Shown here piece by piece: positions 46,187 through 53,659 of a stretch of DNA of 58,999 nucleotides (positions are counted from its first letter, which is position 1; the number at the start of each line of letters is the position of its first letter). The notes under the pieces are model-generated. The model did not search any database, was not told the DNA's origin, and saw nothing but the letters and a program-made list of their open reading frames with translations. The translations under genes and the position numbers were made by a program. This stretch comes from Candidatus Omnitrophota bacterium (lineage in GTDB: Bacteria; Omnitrophota; Gorgyraeia; JABMRJ01), in the NCBI GenBank assembly GCA_016783555.1, contig JADHWH010000003.1, positions 1 to 58,999 on the forward strand. The letters run 5' to 3'.

Positions 46187-48343
46187 AACATATTACTGCT
46201 GACCACACATCTTAATATCGGCGGGATTGCCTCTTACATAGTAAACCTGGCCAAGCGCCTGAAAAGAAAAGGCCATAAGGTGGTAGTCTCTTCAAGCGGC
46301 GGCGATATGGTCGATGAATTAACGAAAGAAGACATTCCTCACGTCTATATCAATATAAGGACAAAGTCGGAGCTTAGCCCCAAGCTTTTAATTTCGATGC
46401 CCAAGGTCCTGTCATTGATTAAAGACGAAAAGATAGATGTTATCCACGCCCATACGCGCGTAACGCAGGTATTGGCGTCGGCCGTATCTCGATTGCTTGC
46501 TATTCCGTATATTGCCACGTGCCACGGCTTCTTCAGGCCGCACTTCTCGAGAAGGATATTTAAGTGCTGGGGCGACAAGACGATAGCGATAAGCGATGCC
46601 GTCAAGGCCCATCTTATAGATGATTTTTATCTCAAGCCCGATAATATAGCCCTGATCTATAACGGTGTAGATTTAGAGAAATTTAGAAAAGATATAGAGA
46701 ACAGCCGGAAGGAGTCTCTTAGAAAAAATCTGGGTTTAACAGATAAAGAGAGAGTGGTTATAGGCGCCATAGGCAGATTATCTCCTGTAAAAGGTTATAG
46801 GTATCTAATCGAGGCCTTTAAGAGGCTTATGGACAAAGATAGCGGAGCCTTGCGGCTTTTGATAGTAGGAGACGGCCCTGAAAGAGAATCACTCAAAGCG
46901 CAATGCCTGAGGCTTGGTGTAGATGAGTATGTTAAATTCGCATCACCTAATCCCGATACACCGCTTCTCTTTTCAATTATTGATATATTCGTGTCAAGCT
47001 CCGTGCAGGAAGGGCTGGGGCTCTCTTTAATAGAGGCGCTTGCTTCAGGAAGCCCCGTTGTTGCTACAGACGTAGGCGGTATTAAGAGTGTGGTAAAGGA
47101 TAAAGAGACCGGTATGTTAGTAAGGCCGAAAGAGGCAGGGGCGCTTGCAGAGGGCATCTCGCAACTATTGAAAAGTGCGGATTTGAGAAATAAGTTATCA
47201 AATGAAGGGCGTAAGTATGCGGAAGAAAAATTTGATATAAAGAATATGGCTGATGAAGTCGAAAGGGTATATAAAGAGGTAACGAAAAGAGATCCCCGCC
47301 CCGTAAGACCCGTAGGGTCTAACGGGGCCCGCATACTCATAGTAAATGTTAACTGGCTGGGCGATGTCTTATTTACGACACCCTTTATAAAGGCGATAAG
47401 AAGAAGGTTCCCTGCGAGTTACATGGCTTGTATGGTGGTGCCTCGCTGCAAGGAGATACTGGAGGATAATCCGCGGATCGATGAGATTATAATCTACGAT
47501 GAAAAAGGCAAACACAGAAGCATTATGGGAAAGCTCAAGTTCATTATAACTTTAAAAAGAAAGAACTTCAGCACCGCTTATATACTCCATAGATCCTTTA
47601 CAAAGGCCCTTATGGTATATTTAAGCGGCATAAAGAGAAGGATAGGTTATAATACAAAAAGAAGAGGCCCTCTTCTTACTAAGGCTATCGACGAAACAGA
47701 TCCTGGTATTCATAAAGTAGAATATTTTTTGAAGATAGCGGCTAGCTGCGGCGCGGAAACGGGCGATAAAGATTATGAGTTTTTTGTCAAGAGGCCGCAG
47801 AGAGATAAGATAGACAAGCTTCTCAGAGATAGAGACATAAGGGGGACAGATATTATCGTTGCCTTAAACCCCGGGGGAAACTGGCCTCCTAAGAGGTGGC
47901 CGAAAGAACACTTTGCCGAGCTTGCGGACAGGCTTTCAAGGGAGCTTAATGTCAAGGCGATTATAACAGGCGCGCCTAAAGATTTAAAGCTTGCGCAAGA
48001 TATCATAGATTTATCACAGACCAGGCCGGCAAGTGCCTGCGGTCAGACATCAATAAAAGAGCTGGCCGCCCTTTTGGAAAGATCAAACCTTGTCATATCG
48101 TCGGACTCAGGGCCTATGCACATAGCCTTGAGCGTAAAGACAAAGGTGATTACGTTATTCGGCCCGACATCAGAGGAGATAACCGGCCCGTATGGGAGGG
48201 GTAATTATCTCGTTATCAAAAAAGACGTCGGCTGTCCGGTCCCGTGTTATAATTTTGACTGCAGGGATTATAAGTGCATGAAGGCGGTAACCGTTGACGA
48301 GGTCTTCAATAAAGCGCGGGAGATATTATTTGGCTCTGAATGA
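46166..48343 (+). CDS. Fusion: GT4 glycosyltransferase plus GT9 domain, copy 2 (alternative GTG start at 46184)
   Basis: GT4 region (EGLGLSLIEALASGSPVVATDVGG), then the linker RDPRPVRPVGSNGA encoded by a repeat relic, then GT9 (RILIVNVNWLGDV ... DSGPMHIA..LFGPT). Confidence 0.82.
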   Translation: MRRSNEVNILLLTTHLNIGGIASYIVNLAKRLKRKGHKVVVSSSGGDMVDELTKEDIPHVYINIRTKSELSPKLLISMPKVLSLIKDEKIDVIHAHTRVTQVLASAVSRLLAIPYIATCHGFFRPHFSRRIFKCWGDKTIAISDAVKAHLIDDFYLKPDNIALIYNGVDLEKFRKDIENSRKESLRKNLGLTDKERVVIGAIGRLSPVKGYRYLIEAFKRLMDKDSGALRLLIVGDGPERESLKAQCLRLGVDEYVKFASPNPDTPLLFSIIDIFVSSSVQEGLGLSLIEALASGSPVVATDVGGIKSVVKDKETGMLVRPKEAGALAEGISQLLKSADLRNKLSNEGRKYAEEKFDIKNMADEVERVYKEVTKRDPRPVRPVGSNGARILIVNVNWLGDVLFTTPFIKAIRRRFPASYMACMVVPRCKEILEDNPRIDEIIIYDEKGKHRSIMGKLKFIITLKRKNFSTAYILHRSFTKALMVYLSGIKRRIGYNTKRRGPLLTKAIDETDPGIHKVEYFLKIAASCGAETGDKDYEFFVKRPQRDKIDKLLRDRDIRGTDIIVALNPGGNWPPKRWPKEHFAELADRLSRELNVKAIITGAPKDLKLAQDIIDLSQTRPASACGQTSIKELAALLERSNLVISSDSGPMHIALSVKTKVITLFGPTSEEITGPYGRGNYLVIKKDVGCPVPCYNFDCRDYKCMKAVTVDEVFNKAREILFGSE
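47299..47327 (+). repeat. In-frame relic of the stop-to-start element inside the GT4::GT9 #2 linker
   Basis: CCCCGTAAGACC-CGTA-GGGTCTAACGGGG is translated as PVRPVGSNG, exactly at the GT4/GT9 domain boundary. Confidence 0.75.
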
Positions 48344-48398
48344 TGAACCCCGTTAGACCTCATAAGAGGTCAGCGGGGCGAGGAGGTCTAACGGGGTG
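48341..48398 (+). repeat. Stop-to-start palindromic element, copy 4 (GT4::GT9 #2 > GT9)
   Basis: TGA-TGAACCCCGTTAGACCTC-ATAA-GAGGTCAGCGGGG-CGAG-GAGGTCTAACGGGG-TG. Confidence 0.9.
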
Positions 48399-49376
48399 AA
48401 GATAGATAAAAAAGATATAAAACGAATATTGTTGATTACCCTTACCAATGTAGGCGATATAATCTTGACCACGCCTATTATTGCCGCGCTCGACAAAGCC
48501 TTTCCAGATGCGCGGCTCGATGTCATGGTGGGGCCTCTCGGAAAGAATATATTTATTAATCATCCCGGGGTTTTTAAGGTAATAATCTATGACAAGCATG
48601 TCTCTATTGGCGAGAAGAAACGGCTGGTGCAGAAATTGAAACATATGAAATATGATTTGGTAATAGACCTTAAGAATTCTATGTTTCCCATGCTTATAGG
48701 GTCAAGATACAGAACGAGCCCCTTGCAGACAGTCCCTAAGGATGTCATCCATAAGAGAGATTTTCACTTATGGAAATTAAAATATTTTGATATAGATACG
48801 CGGGATGTTCCGTTTTCCATCCATGTGAGCAGAAAGGACGAGGATTATATAGATTATTTGCTTCGTGACATGCCGAATAAGGATAAGCTGGTTGCTGTAA
48901 GCCCTACGGCGAAGAGCCTGATAAAGAGGTGGAAGAAAAATGGCTTTGCAGAAGTTTGCGACAAGCTTAAGAAGGAACTGGGAGCGACGGTGGCTATGGT
49001 CGGTGATCGATCCGACAGAGAGAGCATTGATGAAATAGCGCGTGACATGAAATCCGACACCGTTAATCTTGCCGGTATGACAACCATACCCCAGCTTGCG
49101 CATCTCATAAAGAATTCCAGGCTCCTTATCTCCAATGACAGCGCACCCATGCATATAGCCAGCGCGGTCGGCACAAAGGTCCTCGCGATCTTCGGGCCGA
49201 CGGACCCGAATAAATACGGGCCCTTGGGCAAAGGCGACAAGGTTATAAAAAAAGAGTTACATTGTTCTCCCTGCGAGATAGCGCAGTGTAAGTTTAAACA
49301 CGAGTGCATGAAACTGATTACGGTTGATGAGGTGTATGAGACAGCAAGGAAGATGTTGGAAGAGACCAGAGGCTAG
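48396..49376 (+). CDS. GT9-family glycosyltransferase (heptosyltransferase-like)
   Basis: RILLITLTNVGDII and NDSAPMHIA..IFGPT motifs, with a GTG start immediately after GGAGGTCTAACGGG. Confidence 0.88.
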   Translation: MKIDKKDIKRILLITLTNVGDIILTTPIIAALDKAFPDARLDVMVGPLGKNIFINHPGVFKVIIYDKHVSIGEKKRLVQKLKHMKYDLVIDLKNSMFPMLIGSRYRTSPLQTVPKDVIHKRDFHLWKLKYFDIDTRDVPFSIHVSRKDEDYIDYLLRDMPNKDKLVAVSPTAKSLIKRWKKNGFAEVCDKLKKELGATVAMVGDRSDRESIDEIARDMKSDTVNLAGMTTIPQLAHLIKNSRLLISNDSAPMHIASAVGTKVLAIFGPTDPNKYGPLGKGDKVIKKELHCSPCEIAQCKFKHECMKLITVDEVYETARKMLEETRG

Positions 49377-49380
49377 ATTG

Positions 49381-50430
49381 ATGTTGAATGCAAAGAGGAT
49401 ATTGATAACGCGGACTGATAGATTAGGCGATGTTATCCTTTCAACGCCGGTGTTGAGGGCTGTAAGAGAGGTATATCCGGATAGTTTCATAGCTATGATG
49501 GTAAGGCCGTACACAAAAGAATGTGTCGAAGGCAACCCATATATTAATGAGGTCATACTGTATGATAAATACGGGATAGATAAGAGTATATCGAGTTCAT
49601 TTAGGTTTGCGCTGGAGTTGCGAAAGAGGAGGTTCGACCTTGCGCTGATCCTGCATCCGACAAACAGGATGAATTTAATGATCTTTTTGGCCGGTATCCC
49701 CAGGAGGGTAGGTTTTAATAAAAAACTGGGATTTTTATTGACAAAAAGGCTGCCGCACACGAAACATTTAGGCGAAAAACATGAAGTCGATTATACTCTG
49801 GATATAGTAAGGGCCATAGGGATAATACCCAAACATAGGTCTTTATACATGCCGATAAAAAAATCGGTCCAAAAGAGCGTAGGCGAAACCCTTTTAAGGC
49901 ATGGAGTCTTTGAGAGCGATAGACTGGTAGCGCTGCATCCGTCTGCAAGCTGCCTTTCTAAAAAGTGGCCGTCAAAGAAATTCGCCATACTGGCCGATAG
50001 GCTGATAGACAAATACAATGTAAAGATTGCGCTTATAGACGGATCCGACGGCAAGGCGGATGCGGATGAGACTAGACGGAATATGAGGCGTGATGTAATT
50101 GATCTTTCCGGAAAGACCGGCATCTCTGAACTCGCGTCATTGCTTAAAAGATGCGTCCTTTTCATCTCGAATGATTCCGGCCCGGTGCATCTCTCATCAG
50201 CGGTCGGAACCCCCGTGATAAGCATATTCGGCAGAAAAGATCCCGGCCTGGGTCCTATTCGCTGGGGTCCAACGGGAAGATATGATATAATGTTACATAA
50301 AGACGTAGAGTGCGAACGCTGCCTTGCGCACAATTGCGATAAGGATTTTTTATGTCTTAATGCTATAAAGGAAGACGAGGTGTTAGAAAAAGCTGAAGCC
50401 ATTTTAAAAAGGAATCGGAGGCTGCCATGA
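49381..50430 (+). CDS. GT9-family glycosyltransferase (heptosyltransferase-like)
   Basis: RILITRTDRLGDV and NDSGPVHL..IFG motifs. I prefer the ATG at 49381, 5 nt after the upstream stop, over the ORF-track start at 49324. Confidence 0.86.
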   Translation: MLNAKRILITRTDRLGDVILSTPVLRAVREVYPDSFIAMMVRPYTKECVEGNPYINEVILYDKYGIDKSISSSFRFALELRKRRFDLALILHPTNRMNLMIFLAGIPRRVGFNKKLGFLLTKRLPHTKHLGEKHEVDYTLDIVRAIGIIPKHRSLYMPIKKSVQKSVGETLLRHGVFESDRLVALHPSASCLSKKWPSKKFAILADRLIDKYNVKIALIDGSDGKADADETRRNMRRDVIDLSGKTGISELASLLKRCVLFISNDSGPVHLSSAVGTPVISIFGRKDPGLGPIRWGPTGRYDIMLHKDVECERCLAHNCDKDFLCLNAIKEDEVLEKAEAILKRNRRLP

Positions 50431-51395
50431 TGAAAGCAATGTTATGCAAGGGTAAGAAAGAGATAATAAGCTCTTTTAAGTATAGCGAAATAAAGGACGC
50501 ATTGAAGAGAGACGACAACCTTATATGGGTTGAGCTCGAGAACCCGACAAAGGATGAACTGGCTCTGATAAAGGACGACTTTAACCTGCATCCCCTTACT
50601 GTTGAAGACTGCGTTAATACAAATGCGCGTCCCAAGATAGACCAGTTTCCGACATATCTATTTCTGATTTTACATGCGGCGGGATATAATGAGTCGACCT
50701 TCAAGGTTAAGACGCTTGAATTAAATATATGCGTCGGGAAAAATTTCCTGTTGACCATCCACATGGATTCCATACCTTCTCTTAGGAATGCCTGGAATAG
50801 GGCGGAAAAGAATATAAGCCTCATGTCCGGCGGCTCCGATAACCTGCTCTATCAGGTAATCGATTCATTGGTCGATAACTATTTTCCTGTAATCGATATG
50901 CTGGATACAAGGATAGACAAAATAGAGAACGAAGTCTTTTCGAAACCTCAAGAGCCAACGCTTAAGCAGATATTTTCCGTAAAGAACGACGTCCTTTTCT
51001 TAAGAAGGTTTATGGCGCCCCAGAGAGAGACAATAAATCTCCTGGCAAAAGGAGGCCATTCTTTTATAAATCCGTCGACCGGTATATATTTCCGCGATAT
51101 CAGTGATAACCTCATATTCATCCTCGATACTATTGATACCTACAGAGACACTTTGGCGAGCGCGCTGGACGCATATCTGTCGAACATAGGCCAAAAGACA
51201 AACGAGATTATGAAGACATTAACGATTATCGCGACTATAATGATGCCCCTTACCCTTATCACGGGTATATACGGCATGAACTTTAGGCATATGCCGGAGA
51301 TTGGCTGGCGGTTCGGTTATTTAGGTTTCTACATACTTGTGGCCTTAGTTGCTGGCGGCATGCTCGTATATTTTAAGAAGAACAAATGGTTCTAA
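50427..51395 (+). CDS. corA: Magnesium/cobalt transporter CorA
   Basis: Two C-terminal TM helices with a YGMNF motif and CorA-like length. Confidence 0.92.
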   Translation: MMKAMLCKGKKEIISSFKYSEIKDALKRDDNLIWVELENPTKDELALIKDDFNLHPLTVEDCVNTNARPKIDQFPTYLFLILHAAGYNESTFKVKTLELNICVGKNFLLTIHMDSIPSLRNAWNRAEKNISLMSGGSDNLLYQVIDSLVDNYFPVIDMLDTRIDKIENEVFSKPQEPTLKQIFSVKNDVLFLRRFMAPQRETINLLAKGGHSFINPSTGIYFRDISDNLIFILDTIDTYRDTLASALDAYLSNIGQKTNEIMKTLTIIATIMMPLTLITGIYGMNFRHMPEIGWRFGYLGFYILVALVAGGMLVYFKKNKWF

Positions 51396-51400
51396 TTGAA

Positions 51401-51541
51401 TAAATTCGAAATCCGAATATCGAAATCCGAAACAATTCCGAATTTTCAAAATTGTGAATGACCAAAACCAAATGTTTCGAACATTTGAAAATTCGAGTTT
51501 AGAATTTGTTTCGAATTTCGGATTTCGTGCTTCGGATTTAT
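51401..51541. repeat. Heptad-periodic palindromic element, copy E (corA to CNNM1), termini inverted relative to copy A
   Basis: The right end is the exact reverse complement of the copy A left arm (TAAATCCGAAGCACGAAATCCGAAATTCGAAACAAA). The core is in the same orientation as in copy A. Confidence 0.9.
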
Positions 51542-51555
51542 TAAGAGAGTGTTAA

Positions 51556-52542
51556 ATGGCGATTTCCTTCACACTTATAATATTGCTTTTAGGCTCGGCC
51601 TTCTTTTCCGGTTCTGAGACCGCTCTATTCAGTTTAAGCAAGATCAGGGTAAAACGCCTTCAATTAGAAAATACGAAGAATTCAGGACTGCTCGCCCAAC
51701 TCTTAAACAGACCCCGCAGACTTATAATATCCATCCTTATCGGCAATATGCTCGCGAATATCATGGCGTCGACCACCGCTTCGTCTTTTAGTATGAGAAT
51801 GTTCGGGGATAAGGGTATAGGCATCTCCATTGTTTGTATGACTCTTCTGATTTTAATAGTCGGCGAGATAACTCCCAAGGTCATAGCAATACGGAATTCA
51901 GAGAAGATATCGCTTGCCGTTATCCCGTATGTACACTTAGCGTCTAAATTATTTTTTCCGATAAAAAAGATACTCCATCTTATAGTAAATATGCTTACGC
52001 CGCTTTTCGCAGGAAGGATCAAGGCCCAGAGGCTGCGTCTTACCGAAGAAGAGCTTAGGAAGGCCGTTGAGCTCGGAAGAAGAGAGGGCGTCTTGGGCGT
52101 TAGGGAAGAGGAGATGATAAAGGGGGTTTTTAAATTCGGGGATAAGACGGCAAAAGATGTAATAATCCCGCCCAGAAGAATAGTTGCGGTTGATATATCT
52201 ACCCCTTTAAGCACTATCAGATCGATAATCACTAAGAAAGAATTGTCCCGCATGCCTGTCTTTGAGGAAAGGCTGCATAATATAGTCGGCGTACTATACG
52301 CAAAGGATTTAATCATCGCCAGCCAAAAAGGCCCGTTTTCGTTAAGAGAGATACTGAGAGAGCCGTTTTACGTCGATGAGAATATAAAGCTGGACGAGCT
52401 CCTTAAGAAATTCAGGACGCATAGGGTACATATGGCGCTTGTAAAGAACTCTAAGGGCAAACTTTTAGGTTTGGTTACACTGCAGGATCTGCTGGAGGAG
52501 ATAATGGGCCAGATACGGGATATCAAGGAAGGGATTACATGA
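51556..52542 (+). CDS. CNNM/DUF21 plus CBS-pair membrane protein (CorB/CorC-related, lacking the CorC_HlyC C-terminal domain)
   Basis: DUF21 N-terminus (FFSGSETALFSLS), then a CBS pair (..VDENIKLDELLKKFRTHRVHMALV). Confidence 0.85.
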   Translation: MAISFTLIILLLGSAFFSGSETALFSLSKIRVKRLQLENTKNSGLLAQLLNRPRRLIISILIGNMLANIMASTTASSFSMRMFGDKGIGISIVCMTLLILIVGEITPKVIAIRNSEKISLAVIPYVHLASKLFFPIKKILHLIVNMLTPLFAGRIKAQRLRLTEEELRKAVELGRREGVLGVREEEMIKGVFKFGDKTAKDVIIPPRRIVAVDISTPLSTIRSIITKKELSRMPVFEERLHNIVGVLYAKDLIIASQKGPFSLREILREPFYVDENIKLDELLKKFRTHRVHMALVKNSKGKLLGLVTLQDLLEEIMGQIRDIKEGIT

Positions 52543-52594
52543 ACCCCGTTAGACCTCATAGGAGATCAGCGGGGAGGGGAGGTCTAACGGGGTG
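52540..52594 (+). repeat. Stop-to-start palindromic element, copy 5 (CNNM1>CNNM2)
   Basis: TGA-ACCCCGTTAGACCTC-ATAG-GAGATCAGCGGGG-AGGG-GAGGTCTAACGGGG-TG. Confidence 0.9.
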
Positions 52595-53590
52595 AATATA
52601 ATCTTAGGGATTCTTATAATCCTTCTCTGCGTTATATTCGAGGGCTTCTTTGCCGGTTCAGAGATCGGCATCATATCCTGCAACCGCATAAGGATGAGTA
52701 ATCTTGCCGACAGGAAGAATAAAAGAGCGAAGATCATTATCTCTTTTCTGGAAAACCCCGAGGATTTCTTAAGCACTACTCTAGTGGGCGTTAATCTTTC
52801 GGTAATAATAGGCTCTTCTGTGGCGACCGCTTTAGTATCAAGATATGTAAGGCACGCAGGCCATGAGGCTATTATAGCCACAGCGATAATCCTGCCGTTA
52901 GTCCTTATATTCGGCGAAATAGTACCAAAGATTATATATCAGCAGCATTCAGATACGCTGGCGCTTCTCTCCGCGTATCCTTTAAAGATGGCCTCTTTTG
53001 TACTCTTTCCTTTTACCTTCTTTGCCACAAGGATATCGCATTTAGTTTCAAAGATATTTACCAAAGGCAGCGCTAAGAAGAATCCTTATGTCTCGAGAGA
53101 AGAGATACGCCTGCTCTTACTTGAGGCCGCAAAAGACGGCCTGCTGGACAAGGCCGAGATAGACATGACAAGCGAGATATTCGATTTCGGAAGGACAAGC
53201 GTCCAATCTGTCATGGTCCCTCTTAATAAGGTAGTATCCGCCTCTATTCTTTCGAGTACAAAAGATATTATAGAACTCATATCGCAAAGCGGTTTTTCGC
53301 GCATACCTATTTGCAAGGAGAGAGAGGATAATATCATAGGGACAATAGAGATGAGCGATCTGGTTAATAAAGATATAGAAAAGAGAGATCTAAAAAAGCT
53401 GATACTTCCGCCGTACAAAGTAACAGAGGACAGATTGTTAGAGGATATGCTAAAGGATTTTCAGGTTAATGAAGAGAATATGGCCGTAGTAGTCGATAAG
53501 AAAGGCAACGCCATCGGCATTGCCACTATAGAAGATATCATAGAAGAGATCTTTGGTGAAATAGAAGACGAGTATGACGTGAGGAGATAG
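52592..53590 (+). CDS. CNNM/DUF21 plus CBS-pair membrane protein, paralogue 2
   Basis: FFAGSEIGIIS DUF21 motif and a CBS pair, with a GTG start immediately after GGAGGTCTAACGGG. Confidence 0.85.
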   Translation: MNIILGILIILLCVIFEGFFAGSEIGIISCNRIRMSNLADRKNKRAKIIISFLENPEDFLSTTLVGVNLSVIIGSSVATALVSRYVRHAGHEAIIATAIILPLVLIFGEIVPKIIYQQHSDTLALLSAYPLKMASFVLFPFTFFATRISHLVSKIFTKGSAKKNPYVSREEIRLLLLEAAKDGLLDKAEIDMTSEIFDFGRTSVQSVMVPLNKVVSASILSSTKDIIELISQSGFSRIPICKEREDNIIGTIEMSDLVNKDIEKRDLKKLILPPYKVTEDRLLEDMLKDFQVNEENMAVVVDKKGNAIGIATIEDIIEEIFGEIEDEYDVRR

Positions 53591-53606
53591 TAATTACCTG
53601 CTTTAC

Positions 53607-53635
53607 TTGAATATATACCATTATAGTGATATAAT
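53607..53635 (+). promoter_or_regulatory. Near-consensus sigma70-type promoter upstream of the orphan gene at 53660
   Basis: TTGAAT (53607-53612), a 17-nt spacer, TGA-TATAAT (extended -10, 53627-53635), with SD AAAGGAG before the ATG at 53660. Confidence 0.7.
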
Positions 53636-53659
53636 ATAGAGCCAAAAAGGAGCGAAGGG

